A DNA stretch of 62,981 nucleotides, filler included. It is 4 parts of 4 records of this genome, joined end to end, with 100 filler letters (N's around TTAATTAATTAA, not from the genome) between each part and the next. Parts side by side here need not be neighbours in the genome. Positions count along the whole stretch, not along the records: positions 1 to 28,076 come from SRR22947727_783; 3 more parts are not named here. One strand, written 5' to 3'. Within the stretch, counting starts at the first letter, position 1. Each line of letters begins with the position of its first letter. The position numbers and the translations under genes were made by a program. The notes under the pieces were generated by a model that saw only the letters and a list, made by a program, of their open reading frames with translations, was not told where the DNA came from and searched no databases. This document shows, one piece after another, positions 9,706-20,524 of this stretch.

Positions 9706-10582
9706 TTAAAGTCATCAAAGATGAAGTATCATATCGTGATCCTCCATTATTTTGAACTTCTTCGTAATATTTATCAACTATTTTAGTGACTGGAAGTGAT
9801 GCTCCGTTCTTTTCAGCTTCATTAAAACAAATAGAAAGATCTTTACGCATCCAATCAACAGCAAAACCAAATTCATATTCACCCTTTAACATAGTTTTGT
9901 AACGATTTTCCATTTGCCATGATTGAGCAGCCCCTTTTGAAATAACTTGTAAAACTTTTTCCATATCTAAATTGGCTTTTTTACCAAAAGCCATTGCTTC
10001 TGATAAACCTTGCACTAATCCGGCGATACAAATTTGATTGATCATTTTTGCTAATTGCCCAGAGCCAGCGTTGCCAATTAATTCAATTGTTTTTCCATAA
10101 GCACTTATAACAGATTTTACATTATCGAATTGATCTTGATCACCGCCAACCATGACAGATAGAATTCCGTTTTCTGCTCCAGCCTGACCTCCTGATACAG
10201 GTGCATCAAGAAAAGAAAAATTACTTTCTTTTCCTAGCTGATAGTACTTTCTAGCAATATCAGCAGAGGCTGTTGTATGATCAATAATGATAGTATTATC
10301 TTTTATATTACTAATTACTCCATCATTTCCTTCCATGATAGAAATTAAATCTTCATCTCGTCCAACACATATACACACAATGTCAGCATTCGAAGAGGCC
10401 TCTCCTGGAGTTGTTTTTGATTCTCCTCCAAATTCATTGACCCATTTTTCAGATACTGATGATGTACGATTATAGACAGTAGTGTTAAAATTATTTTTTA
10501 TTAGATGTCCCGCCATATTATAACCCATTACACCAAGGCCTATAAATGTTACGTTTTGTATTTCCATATTATCCTCCTTCAA
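9692..10582 (-). CDS. NAD(P)-dependent 3-hydroxyisobutyrate/tartronate semialdehyde reductase family oxidoreductase
   Basis: FIGLGVMG, DAPVSGGQAGA, KMINQI motifs. Confidence 0.9.
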   Translation of the reverse strand: MKEDNMEIQNVTFIGLGVMGYNMAGHLIKNNFNTTVYNRTSSVSEKWVNEFGGESKTTPGEASSNADIVCICVGRDEDLISIMEGNDGVISNIKDNTIIIDHTTASADIARKYYQLGKESNFSFLDAPVSGGQAGAENGILSVMVGGDQDQFDNVKSVISAYGKTIELIGNAGSGQLAKMINQICIAGLVQGLSEAMAFGKKANLDMEKVLQVISKGAAQSWQMENRYKTMLKGEYEFGFAVDWMRKDLSICFNEAEKNGASLPVTKIVDKYYEEVQNNGGSRYDTSSLMTLIDDK

Positions 10583-11363
10583 TTAAATTTAAAATATCAT
10601 AGTTTAAGCTCTTTGAATTACTTACAATTAAATTTCTTGAATCTTTATAAAATTTATATTCTTTTTTATCAAAATGACAATCATGCCCTCCAGACTTTCT
10701 TACAATAAAAACTCCAGGAATATGATCCCAAGGATATAACCTTGATAACAGTGCAAAATCTCTCTTTCCCAAAGCAATATCAAAATATTCACAGCCTATA
10801 GATCCATAAGAATTAATATTTGCAAATTTATTTTTAATTGAAATTAATTTTTCATTTTTAATTTCATCCCAATATTTTGTGCTTATTGAACCTGTCGCAT
10901 TTTCTATATTTATTTTATTATTCAAATTAATTTTATTATTATTTAAATATGCACCTGAATGATCAGCATGCATAAAATCCTCATTTAAAGGTTTATAAAT
11001 AAAAGACTGGATAATTTCTGTACTTTTGGTCAATGCTACCATAACTGCAAATCTATCTTTAGATTTTGCAAAATTACTTGTTCCGTCAATAGGGTCTACT
11101 GTCCAGCAATACTCTTCAGATAAATAATAATTCAGAATATTGTTATTTTTTGCATAACTTTCTTCACCAATAAAATTTGAATTCTGGATTAATTTAGGAA
11201 GGATATTATTCAATTCTTTTTCTACAGAAATATCAATATCTGTAACAATATCCTTACCATCTTTATATGAAATTTGATTTTTTTTTAAATTGCCAAAACT
11301 GGGCAGAATAATATCTTTACTAATATTAAATAAAATTTCTCTTAAGTCATTAGGGTTTATCAC
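10569..11363 (-). CDS. Inositol monophosphatase family protein
   Basis: IGEE, WTVDPIDGTSNF, PWDH motifs. Confidence 0.9.
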   Translation of the reverse strand: MINPNDLREILFNISKDIILPSFGNLKKNQISYKDGKDIVTDIDISVEKELNNILPKLIQNSNFIGEESYAKNNNILNYYLSEEYCWTVDPIDGTSNFAKSKDRFAVMVALTKSTEIIQSFIYKPLNEDFMHADHSGAYLNNNKINLNNKINIENATGSISTKYWDEIKNEKLISIKNKFANINSYGSIGCEYFDIALGKRDFALLSRLYPWDHIPGVFIVRKSGGHDCHFDKKEYKFYKDSRNLIVSNSKSLNYDILNLIEGG

Positions 11364-11368
11364 GAATA

Positions 11369-12208
11369 TTAAATAATAGACTTATAGAAATTTAAAGCAA
11401 GACTCTTGGTTATTTTTCCTATTTTTTTATTGTTTATTTTTATGCTATCAATTTGAATAATAGGCGTAACTAAAGCACCCGAACTAGTAATAAAAACCTC
11501 ATCAGATTTATATAATTCTTTTAATGAAAATTCTTTTTCAGTTAATTTAAGACCTAAAGAATGTATTATATTTATTAAAACAGTTCTTGTTACACCTTTT
11601 AAAATTTTCTTATTAGCTGGATGAGTAATAATTTTATTACCTTTAACAATCCAGACATTTGAATGAGCTGCTTCTGTAATCTTTTTTCCCTTTACTAAAA
11701 TTGTTTCATAAGCTCCCTTTTTACTAGCTTCTGTAGCAGCAATAATATTAGCTAAAAGAGAAGTGGTTTTGATATCAGGTCTACCCCAACGAATATCAGG
11801 GTAAGTAATAGCTTTAAAACCTTTGTAATTTTTATTTGGAAAGTTAAATTTTTTTTTAGCTGTATAAGCGACTACATTTGGTTTAAGATTTTTTTTATAA
11901 GCGTGCTCACGTGACTGAACACCCCTTGTAATCTGCAAATAAATTATTCCATTAGATAATTTGTTCTTAATTATTAAATTTTGAAAAATTTTTTTTAATA
12001 ATTTACTATTAACTTTAAAATTAAAATTAAGTTCTGTAGTTGAGTATTTTAATCTTCTCATATGAAAATCAAAATCAAGTATTTTTTTATTTATTATTTT
12101 TACTACTTCATAAACACTATCGGAAAATTGAAATCCTCTATCTTCAATAGGTATCTTTGCGTCTTTAAATGGAATATATTTGTTATTTAAAAAAACTAAA
12201 TTTGGCAT
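11369..12208 (-). CDS. dat: Class IV PLP aminotransferase (D-amino-acid transaminase-like)
   Basis: EDRGFQFSDSVYEV, YLQITRG, DIKTTSLLAN, ILKGVTR; usual neighbour of ntrX/trkA. Confidence 0.85.
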   Translation of the reverse strand: MPNLVFLNNKYIPFKDAKIPIEDRGFQFSDSVYEVVKIINKKILDFDFHMRRLKYSTTELNFNFKVNSKLLKKIFQNLIIKNKLSNGIIYLQITRGVQSREHAYKKNLKPNVVAYTAKKKFNFPNKNYKGFKAITYPDIRWGRPDIKTTSLLANIIAATEASKKGAYETILVKGKKITEAAHSNVWIVKGNKIITHPANKKILKGVTRTVLINIIHSLGLKLTEKEFSLKELYKSDEVFITSSGALVTPIIQIDSIKINNKKIGKITKSLALNFYKSII

Positions 12209-12211
12209 AAA

Positions 12212-13576
12212 TTAATAAGTAGATAATAATTTTTCTAATTTATTAATATATTGAGTTTCTGCAAAAAAAACTACATCATCATTTTCTTTAAAAATGGTGC
12301 TGCTGTTAGGTATAATTATTTTATTGTCTCTTAATATTGATGCTATTCTTATACTTTTTGGTAAATTTAGTTCTTTTAAATTTTTGTTACAAAGTGGAGA
12401 TTGTTTTTTTATCATCGCTTCAATAACTTCTCCAAAACCATCACCTATGGAATAATCACTCATTATACCTCCGCCTCTAACTTTTTCTAAAATTTTTGAA
12501 ATTGTAATCAATTTTGGATCAATAGTAATATCAATACCTATATTTGAAAGTAAAGATGTGTAAGAACTATTATTTATTAAAGCCATACATTGATTTGTGC
12601 CAGCTCTTTTAGCAAGAAGAGAGGCTAACACATTAACTTCGTCATCTTCAGTTACAGCTAAGCAATAACCAGCTTCAGCAATGTTAACTTCATCAAGTAT
12701 TTGATTATCCAAACCATCACCGTTAGTGACAGTAACGTTATTTAAGTTAGAAGCTACAAATTCAGCTCTTTCTTTATTTATTTCAATTAATTCAGTTGAA
12801 ATACTTTTGTCATCTTTTTCTATTAATTCAGCTAAGGAAAAACCGATATTTCCTCCTCCAATAATGACAATTTTTTGAGCTTGAACTTCTTTATGACCAA
12901 ACTCTCTCAAAACATCTTTTAAATTCTGAGTTTCAACAACCATATAAATCAAATCATCTTTTTCAATCTTAGTCGATGAGTTAACAATAAATTTTTTATC
13001 TCCTCTGAAAATAAATAATATATTAGCAAGATAATCAGGAAATTTTGCAGATAGTTCCCTTACAGACAAACCAATATGGTGACAATTGTTGTCACAATTA
13101 AAACCAATTAATTTTAACTGTTTTTCAGACAGCTCAACCATATCGATAGTGCCTGGAGAAATTATTCTACGGTGAAAAGCATTAGCAACTTCTTGTTCGG
13201 GTGAAATTATTGCATCAATTGGTAGATCATTTTTAGTATATAAATTTTGCCATTCTCCTCTGAGATAATCTTGTTGACGAATTCTAGCAATTTTTTTTGG
13301 TATTTCAAATAGTGAATGTCCAATTTGGCATGCTATCATATTAGTTTCATCACTTTTTGTAACGGCAATTAAAATTTCACACTCTTTAGCACCTGCACTC
13401 ATTAGCACTGAAGGAAGACTAGGTAAGCCTTTAACTACTTTAACATCTAAATTATCTGAAATTTTATTAAGCTTCTCAGATGGCTCGTCTACAACAGTTA
13501 CTTCAAATTTTTCTTTAGATAATTTATCAGCAATGCTATAACCAACATCGCCAGATCCACATATTATAGTCTTCAT
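12212..13576 (-). CDS. trkA: Trk potassium uptake NAD-binding subunit
   Basis: Two RCK_N/RCK_C pairs (IICGSGDVG, IIGGGNIG), 454 aa. Confidence 0.93.
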   Translation of the reverse strand: MKTIICGSGDVGYSIADKLSKEKFEVTVVDEPSEKLNKISDNLDVKVVKGLPSLPSVLMSAGAKECEILIAVTKSDETNMIACQIGHSLFEIPKKIARIRQQDYLRGEWQNLYTKNDLPIDAIISPEQEVANAFHRRIISPGTIDMVELSEKQLKLIGFNCDNNCHHIGLSVRELSAKFPDYLANILFIFRGDKKFIVNSSTKIEKDDLIYMVVETQNLKDVLREFGHKEVQAQKIVIIGGGNIGFSLAELIEKDDKSISTELIEINKERAEFVASNLNNVTVTNGDGLDNQILDEVNIAEAGYCLAVTEDDEVNVLASLLAKRAGTNQCMALINNSSYTSLLSNIGIDITIDPKLITISKILEKVRGGGIMSDYSIGDGFGEVIEAMIKKQSPLCNKNLKELNLPKSIRIASILRDNKIIIPNSSTIFKENDDVVFFAETQYINKLEKLLSTY

Positions 13577-13581
13577 ATAAG

Positions 13582-14916
13582 TTAATTAATTGAAATTTTT
13601 AATGATTTAAGCTTTCTATAAAGAGCGGTTCTTTCCATACCAGTAAATTCTGATACTTTAGTTATGTTACCACTAAATCGCTTTATTTGCGATAACAAAT
13701 ATTCTTTTTCGAATTCTATTCTGGCTTCTTTTAAAGATAAATCATAATTATTTAATGATATATCGTCATTATTATAATCACCCATATCGAGAGCCAAACT
13801 ATCAACATCAAGAATGAGGTCTTTTGCAACGGATTGATTCAAAATAACAGTTTTTTCAACATAATTAACTAATTGAGAAATATTTCCAGGCCAATTATAC
13901 ATTTCTAATTTAGAAATAGCAGATTTAGAAAAAGATAAATTAACATTTCTAGTATTAAATTTCGAAATATAATAATTTAATATTGGTTGAATATCAGGAA
14001 TTCTATCAGATAAACTTGGACATATTAAATGATCTACCTTCAAACGATGATAAAGCCTAGCCAGAACATTACCATTCTCCACTTCTTTATCTAATTTTTT
14101 TTCAGAAATAGTGATAATTTTATGATCCAATTTAATTTTAGATGATTTAAAAAATTCAGGATTTTCAATAAAAAATAAAAATTGTTTTTGAAATTTCAGT
14201 GGCATTTGATCCAAATTTGATAAAATAAGAGTATTTTCATTAGATCTTATAAAAAGATTATCACTTAGATTTTTTACATCTTCAGAAAATAAATCCTCTA
14301 AATTATTTTCGTTTAAACTCGCAAAATCTATTTTTAAAGGTATTTTATCTTTATATTTTGAGTTTTGATGAATTTTATCAGCTATTAATGATTTTCCAAC
14401 ACCAAATTGACCCTCAATTAATAAGCGAGAATTTGATTTAGAATAATTTAAAATATTTTTTTTTGTATTATTTATAAATATTGACTGACCAATTAAAGAA
14501 ACATTAGGTGCTATAAGCTCTTTTAAATCTTGATTTTCATTTTTTAATCTTGAACTTTCAATTGCCCTGTTTGATAAAATTATTAATTTATCACTATTAA
14601 AAGGTTTTTCTAAAAAATCATATGCACCATTTTTAATTGCACTTACAGCAAGATCTACAGTTCCGTGACCACTAATAATAATGACAGGAATGTTTTTATT
14701 AGTATTTTTAAATTCTTTTAATATTTCAATTCCATCTAACTTACTATTAGATAGCCATACATCAAGGATTACTAAATTAGGTTTATTTTTGTTAAATTTA
14801 GCAATAGCTTCATCAGAATTCTGAGCAGTATATGTGGTAAATTTTTCATCTTTTAATATCTCCGAAATTAAATAGCAAATATCCTTTTCATCATCGATAA
14901 TTAAAACTTTATACAT
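13582..14916 (-). CDS. ntrX: NtrX response regulator (REC, degenerate AAA+, Fis-type HTH)
   Basis: VLIIDDE, LDVWL, ISGHG, FLEKPF, GMERTALYRKLK; downstream of ntrY; ATG 14916 preferred. Confidence 0.9.
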   Translation of the reverse strand: MYKVLIIDDEKDICYLISEILKDEKFTTYTAQNSDEAIAKFNKNKPNLVILDVWLSNSKLDGIEILKEFKNTNKNIPVIIISGHGTVDLAVSAIKNGAYDFLEKPFNSDKLIILSNRAIESSRLKNENQDLKELIAPNVSLIGQSIFINNTKKNILNYSKSNSRLLIEGQFGVGKSLIADKIHQNSKYKDKIPLKIDFASLNENNLEDLFSEDVKNLSDNLFIRSNENTLILSNLDQMPLKFQKQFLFFIENPEFFKSSKIKLDHKIITISEKKLDKEVENGNVLARLYHRLKVDHLICPSLSDRIPDIQPILNYYISKFNTRNVNLSFSKSAISKLEMYNWPGNISQLVNYVEKTVILNQSVAKDLILDVDSLALDMGDYNNDDISLNNYDLSLKEARIEFEKEYLLSQIKRFSGNITKVSEFTGMERTALYRKLKSLKISIN

Positions 14917-17056
14917 TCGTATTTTCAAAAATAATTAAACTTGTTGTGCCTGCCATCTGCCTATTTTTGTCTATTTTAATTTTACCATTGTGATCTTCTA
15001 TTATTTTTTTAACAATAGATAATCCAAGACCAGTACCTTTACTTTTTGTTGTAAAATATGGCTCAAATATTTTACCTATCTTTTCTTTTGATATACCAAT
15101 TCCATTATCAATAATCTCAATAAAAATATAATTTTTATCTGTTTTTAAATTAATAGATATCAACGGATTTGGAATCATTTCTACAGCCTCAACTGCATTT
15201 TTAATAAGATTATTAAAGCATTGAGATATTTGAAATTTATCAAATTGAAAATATAAATCTCCATGAGTATTATTAATATTAAAGTTGATATTTTTATGAG
15301 AATTTGAAAACAATAAATATGACTCTTTTAAACATTTTGATAAATTATCAAGTTTAATTTCAGGTTCCGGCATTCTGGCAAATGAGGAAAATTCATCAAT
15401 TAATTTACCAATATCATCTACTTGTCTTGATATAGTGTTTGTTAAAATTTTAATGTCATCACTACCAAATTCTTTATTTTGATATTTTTTTTCAATTCTT
15501 TCAGCTGATAATTTAATAGGAGTTAATGGATTCTTAACTTCATGTGCTATCTTTCTAGCAATGTCAGACCAAGCAGCATGCTTTTCAGCTAATATAAATG
15601 ATGTTGTGTCATCAATTGAAACTATATAACCATTTATTTTTTCATCCTTAAATTCTTTAATAATTCTTACGTTAAAATTTCTAAGATCATCTTTTATCAA
15701 AATTTCTGTTTGAAAATTTTCAAGAATTTTTTTTGATTTTTTAAAGTCATTAAAAATTGTAGACCAATCAGAAAAATAAGATAAAAAACTAGTATTGTTT
15801 TCTAGTTTTTTTGTTCCTCTAAAGAGTGTGTTCGTGGTTTGATTGTAAAATATAATATTAAAGTTTTCATCTAATGATATAACTCCAATGGTTAACAAAC
15901 TTAATATTGCTTCAATAAATAATCTTTTTTCTTCATCTTCAACACTTTTTGCTTTTAACTGATTCTGCTTATTTTCAATTTCGCCTATCATTTTATTATA
16001 CGAGGTAATTAAAACCCTTATTTCCTCAAATTGATCTATTTCTGAAACCTTAGAGTCAAAATTACCTTTTGAAATTTCATTAGCTGATTCAATCAAATTT
16101 GAAATTGGTTTAGACAATCTTCTAGCTAAATTAAAGCCAACTAAAACTGCCGCCAAAATAAACCCTATTGAAAATAAAACAAATATCATTGAATATGTAA
16201 TTTGAATTCCTGCGCTCTCACTTTCTTTCGTGGTATAAATTTTATAGGCATCTTTTGTAGCAGTTATATGATCCCAAATATTAGTATTTAGCTCTCTATT
16301 AACTTGCATAAATACATCACCTAAAAAATTAATTTTTTTATAAGCTGAAATGGAATTTTTATTTAGTTGAAAGATATAAACTCTATTTTGATCTAGTATT
16401 TCAAAAACATCATCCGAAGGTAAAACATAATTTTTATTTTCTTGATCCTTAAAGTTTGAATAAATATCACCTGATCTATTGAAAAGATAAATATTTGATA
16501 TTGTTCTTAAATTAATAAATTCACTTAAACCTTGATTAATAGCATTTATATTAACTTCATTATTCCTCGAAACTTTTACAATTTCTCTCATAATTAATTG
16601 GGTATCAGAAATTATCTCAGCCTGTATTTCATTCTCATAATCTCTAGCAACGATATTTGAATTAATTACAGCTTTTTTTACTGCACCACCATACCACGTT
16701 CTAAGTTCCAAATTGAAGAAAAGAGATGTAATTACTACAAGACCCAAAGTTGGACCAACAGCCATAGCAGCAAATAAATTTACAAATTTAATGTATAATT
16801 TGGACTCGTCTTTTTGATTTTTTCTATAAATAATTATTAAAATTAATTGTCTGATTATAAGAGCTAGTAAAATTATAACAAAAAATACATCTGCTAATAA
16901 AAAATATTGCAATTGTAGAGGATTTTTAACCAAATCATTATTTGGCAACATTAAATAGAAAGTGATTGAAAAGCTTAATAAGATTAGAGTCAGTAATAAG
17001 TAGAACGAAAACTTGGTTAAATATAATTTATTTAATATTTTTGTTAAACTAATCAC
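14909..17056 (-). CDS. ntrY: NtrY sensor histidine kinase
   Basis: TM segments, HAMP, AWSDIARKIAHEVKNPLTPI H-box, FEPYFTTK, GTGLGL. Confidence 0.92.
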   Translation of the reverse strand: MISLTKILNKLYLTKFSFYLLLTLILLSFSITFYLMLPNNDLVKNPLQLQYFLLADVFFVIILLALIIRQLILIIIYRKNQKDESKLYIKFVNLFAAMAVGPTLGLVVITSLFFNLELRTWYGGAVKKAVINSNIVARDYENEIQAEIISDTQLIMREIVKVSRNNEVNINAINQGLSEFINLRTISNIYLFNRSGDIYSNFKDQENKNYVLPSDDVFEILDQNRVYIFQLNKNSISAYKKINFLGDVFMQVNRELNTNIWDHITATKDAYKIYTTKESESAGIQITYSMIFVLFSIGFILAAVLVGFNLARRLSKPISNLIESANEISKGNFDSKVSEIDQFEEIRVLITSYNKMIGEIENKQNQLKAKSVEDEEKRLFIEAILSLLTIGVISLDENFNIIFYNQTTNTLFRGTKKLENNTSFLSYFSDWSTIFNDFKKSKKILENFQTEILIKDDLRNFNVRIIKEFKDEKINGYIVSIDDTTSFILAEKHAAWSDIARKIAHEVKNPLTPIKLSAERIEKKYQNKEFGSDDIKILTNTISRQVDDIGKLIDEFSSFARMPEPEIKLDNLSKCLKESYLLFSNSHKNINFNINNTHGDLYFQFDKFQISQCFNNLIKNAVEAVEMIPNPLISINLKTDKNYIFIEIIDNGIGISKEKIGKIFEPYFTTKSKGTGLGLSIVKKIIEDHNGKIKIDKNRQMAGTTSLIIFENTNV

Positions 17057-17120
17057 TACAGCAGACTTTAATTATTTTTATGATTCTATAATAAACTTAT
17101 ATAATATAAATTACATATAA

Positions 17121-18260
17121 ATGAAAAACACAAAAAATGCACTTGTTATCCTAGCCGGAGGCAATGGGTCAAGATTTGGTAAAAAAGTACCTAAACAATT
17201 TACACAAATAAACGGTGAAAATCTCATACATTTTTTTTTAAAACGCATAGACGTCAATAATTTTGATAGAATAGTTGTGGTTTATAAAATTTCATATTTT
17301 AAATATTTAAAAAACCTTAAACTCAGTTTCCCCTCTGTAAAATTTATTTTTACAAAAGCTGGTAAAAATCGACAATCATCATCTTATAATGCACTAAAAA
17401 GTTTAAAGAGTTTTAATCCTAATAACGTACTAATTCACGATGCTGCAAGACCATTTTGTTCTAATGATTTGATTATAAAAATTATTAAGAAATTAGAAGA
17501 AAATTCTTCAGCTATCCCCTATATTGTCAATACAGATAAAAAAATGATTTTAAAAAAAGATTTTAATAAAAATATAAAATTTATTCAAACTCCTCAAGGA
17601 TTTAAATTTCAAAATATATTTGAAGCTCATAAAAATACATTAATTAAAAACGCAAGGGATGACTCAAGCTTAATAAAAGAAAAAAAAATCAATTTTGTAA
17701 AAGGGGAAAAATTTAATTATAAAATTACTTATGCTGAAGATTTAAATTATTTTAAGTTATTTCTAAAGCCTATTTTTAAATCTGGAATTGGTTATGACAT
17801 ACATCAAATTGATACTAAAATAAAAAAAGGCTTAAAACTATGTGGTGTTAACATAAATTATAATAAACTAATTGGTCATTCTGATGCTGATGTAGGAATT
17901 CATGCAATATGTGATAGTATTTTTGGAGCATTATCAATGAAAGACATCGGATATTATTTCTCAAATTCAGATCCAAAATGGAAAAATAAAAACTCAATTT
18001 ATTTTCTTAAATTTGCAAAAGAACAGCTAAAGGATAAAAAATTTAATATAGTAAATTTAGATATTAATTTTATTTGTGAAAAACCAAATATAAGTAAATA
18101 TAGAAAGCAAATGATTACAAAAATATCGTCAGTTTTACAAGTTCCAGAAAAGATCATTTCTATCAAAGCAACTTCTAATGAAAAAATAGGATTTATTGGC
18201 GATGGATTAGGTATTGCAGCGGAATCAATAGTTCAAATTAGCAATGAAAATATTTACTAA
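17121..18260 (+). CDS. ispDF: Bifunctional IspD/IspF (MEP pathway)
   Basis: LAGGNGSRF..PKQF, IHDAARP, QTPQGF; GIGYDIH, GHSDADV. Confidence 0.93.
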   Translation: MKNTKNALVILAGGNGSRFGKKVPKQFTQINGENLIHFFLKRIDVNNFDRIVVVYKISYFKYLKNLKLSFPSVKFIFTKAGKNRQSSSYNALKSLKSFNPNNVLIHDAARPFCSNDLIIKIIKKLEENSSAIPYIVNTDKKMILKKDFNKNIKFIQTPQGFKFQNIFEAHKNTLIKNARDDSSLIKEKKINFVKGEKFNYKITYAEDLNYFKLFLKPIFKSGIGYDIHQIDTKIKKGLKLCGVNINYNKLIGHSDADVGIHAICDSIFGALSMKDIGYYFSNSDPKWKNKNSIYFLKFAKEQLKDKKFNIVNLDINFICEKPNISKYRKQMITKISSVLQVPEKIISIKATSNEKIGFIGDGLGIAAESIVQISNENIY

Positions 18261-18717
18261 ACTTTTTGTATCAATTTTTTATATAGGATACATAAAATTT
18301 GCTCCAGGAACATGGGGTAGTTTCGCTGCTTTACTCATATTATATCCATTTATTAAATTTACCGTTTTATCATTTGAGGCATTACTAATTATATTTATAA
18401 TTTTATTTTTTATTTCTAATTTATTTATTAATTATTTCTCAAATTTTACTAATTCAAATGACTCAAAACATATAGTGATAGATGAATTACTGGGTATTTT
18501 TATTATTCTAATTTTTTATGATTTTATATTTATCTATAATGATTTTATAACTCTAATATTAATATTTTTTTTATTTAGACTATTTGATATAATTAAAATA
18601 TTTCCTGCAAACTACATTGATAAAAATTTTAAGAATGGTTATGGTGTTATGATGGATGATATTGTGGCTGGTTTTTATACAATTTTTACTTTGATTATAT
18701 TAAATGTACTTATCTAA
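18244..18717 (+). CDS. pgpA: Phosphatidylglycerophosphatase A
   Basis: APGTWGS, IVIDE, FRLFDI, GVMMDDIVAG. Confidence 0.92.
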   Translation: MKIFTKLFVSIFYIGYIKFAPGTWGSFAALLILYPFIKFTVLSFEALLIIFIILFFISNLFINYFSNFTNSNDSKHIVIDELLGIFIILIFYDFIFIYNDFITLILIFFLFRLFDIIKIFPANYIDKNFKNGYGVMMDDIVAGFYTIFTLIILNVLI

Positions 18718-19168
18718 AAAGATTCTCAATAAATTGATAGTAAGAAATGTTTCTGTTTCAACTGCTGAGTCCTGTACTGGTGGCTTACTGGCATATAGTT
18801 TTATAAAAAATAAAGACTCATCTAAGGTTTTTAAAGGGGGATACATAACCTATTCAAATGAAATGAAAATAAAAGAGCTAAAAGTTAAAAAAATATCCTT
18901 GAAAAAAAACGGAGCAGTTAGTTATCAAGTTGCAAAAGAAATGATAGAAGGATTGTATAAAAAAAATAAAACAAAAATATGCATATCAACATCTGGAATT
19001 GCAGGGCCAGGTGGTTCAACCCCAAGTAAACCTGTTGGATTAGTATATATAGGAATACGTATTAATAAAAAAAATATTATTTTAAAAAAAAATTTTAAGG
19101 GAACTAGAATACAAATACAAAAAAAATGTGTAAATTTTATTTTAAAATACTTGGATAAATTAATCTAA
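18704..19168 (+). CDS. cinA: CinA C-terminal domain / NMN deamidase PncC
   Basis: TAESCTGG, GAVS, SGIAGPGG, KPVGLVYIG. Confidence 0.9.
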   Translation: MYLSKKILNKLIVRNVSVSTAESCTGGLLAYSFIKNKDSSKVFKGGYITYSNEMKIKELKVKKISLKKNGAVSYQVAKEMIEGLYKKNKTKICISTSGIAGPGGSTPSKPVGLVYIGIRINKKNIILKKNFKGTRIQIQKKCVNFILKYLDKLI

Positions 19169-19596
19169 AAACTATCTGCTCTTTCTTTAAATGAATTAAT
19201 CATTTTATTTTCAATTAAAGGATAAAAGGTTTCGGCAACTTTTTGATGAATAAAGTTTTTGAATTCAAAATTAACATTAAATATAATTTTTGATTTATTA
19301 CTATTGATTTCTTCAAATTTCCAATTTGTAGTTAAATCTTTTAAAGGACCTTCAATATACTTTGTTTCAATAGTTAATTCATTTGAATTATATTTTACAT
19401 ACGAGCCAAATTTTTGTGCTAAAATAAATTTATATTGCACATACATATCCGCATAAATTTCAGTATCTTTTCTTTCATTAACAACCATTCGTGTACACCA
19501 CGGAATATATTCAGGATAGCTTTCAATATCAATTACGATATCAAATAATTTTTTTGCAGGGTGATTTACAAACATCTCCCTAATTGATTTTTTCAT
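19165..19596 (-). CDS. START/Coq10-RatA family protein
   Basis: DIESYPEYIPWC, GPLKDLTTNWKF; follows lipA as in other alphaproteobacteria. Confidence 0.88.
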   Translation of the reverse strand: MKKSIREMFVNHPAKKLFDIVIDIESYPEYIPWCTRMVVNERKDTEIYADMYVQYKFILAQKFGSYVKYNSNELTIETKYIEGPLKDLTTNWKFEEINSNKSKIIFNVNFEFKNFIHQKVAETFYPLIENKMINSFKERADSF

Positions 19597-20522
19597 TAAT
19601 GATTTTTAGAAGCTCTGTTATCTTGCATAATTTTGAAATCTTCAGAAGCATGATAACTAGAGCGGGTAAGAGGAGAAGATGAAACCATTAAAAAACCTTT
19701 TGCAATTGCCATCAGCTTATACTCTTCAAATTCTTTTGGGGTAATAAATCTTTCAAGTTTTGCATGCTGTGTTGTTGGAGGTAAATATTGACCAATAGTA
19801 ATAAAATCAACATCAGCTGCACGTAAATCATCCATTACTTGATAGATCTCTTCTTTTGTTTCGCCTAAACCAACCATTAATCCAGATTTTGTAAATATAT
19901 TTGGATTAAAATTTTTTATATCAGATAATAACTTTAAGCTTACAAAATATCTTGAGCCTGGCCTTATACTTAAATAAAGTCGTGGAACTGTCTCAAGATT
20001 ATGATTAAATACATCAGGAAGGTTGTTTGACAGAATACTTAAGGCCTCCGGTTTTTTATGAAAATCAGGAGTTAATACTTCAATTGTACAACTCTTATTT
20101 AACTCTCGTATTCCTTTTATAACATTCGTGAAGTGATTAGCACCACCATCAATAAGATCATCTCTATCAACACTCGTTATAACCACATGTTCAAGTCCTA
20201 ATTCATTAACAGCTTCAGCAATTTTTTTAGGTTCCTCAAGATCAATAAAACCTGGTTTACCTGTTTTTATATTACAAAAAGCACATGCTCTTGTACAAAT
20301 ATCACCAAGTATCATAAAAGTAGCGTGTTTTTTTTGCCAACATTCTGCAATATTTGGACATGCTGCCTCCTCACAAACTGTAACAATTTTTTTATCTTTT
20401 ATAATTTTATTTGTAGATTTAAAAAATTTTGATGTTGGTGCCTTTACTCTTATCCAAGGAGGTTTTTTTGGGATAGGATTTGAAACTCTATTTATTTTTT
20501 CAGGATGTCTTATGTCACTCAT
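19596..20522 (-). CDS. lipA: Lipoyl synthase
   Basis: [29 protein letters not shown]. Confidence 0.97.
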   Translation of the reverse strand: MSDIRHPEKINRVSNPIPKKPPWIRVKAPTSKFFKSTNKIIKDKKIVTVCEEAACPNIAECWQKKHATFMILGDICTRACAFCNIKTGKPGFIDLEEPKKIAEAVNELGLEHVVITSVDRDDLIDGGANHFTNVIKGIRELNKSCTIEVLTPDFHKKPEALSILSNNLPDVFNHNLETVPRLYLSIRPGSRYFVSLKLLSDIKNFNPNIFTKSGLMVGLGETKEEIYQVMDDLRAADVDFITIGQYLPPTTQHAKLERFITPKEFEEYKLMAIAKGFLMVSSSPLTRSSYHASEDFKIMQDNRASKNH

Positions 20523-20524
20523 AT

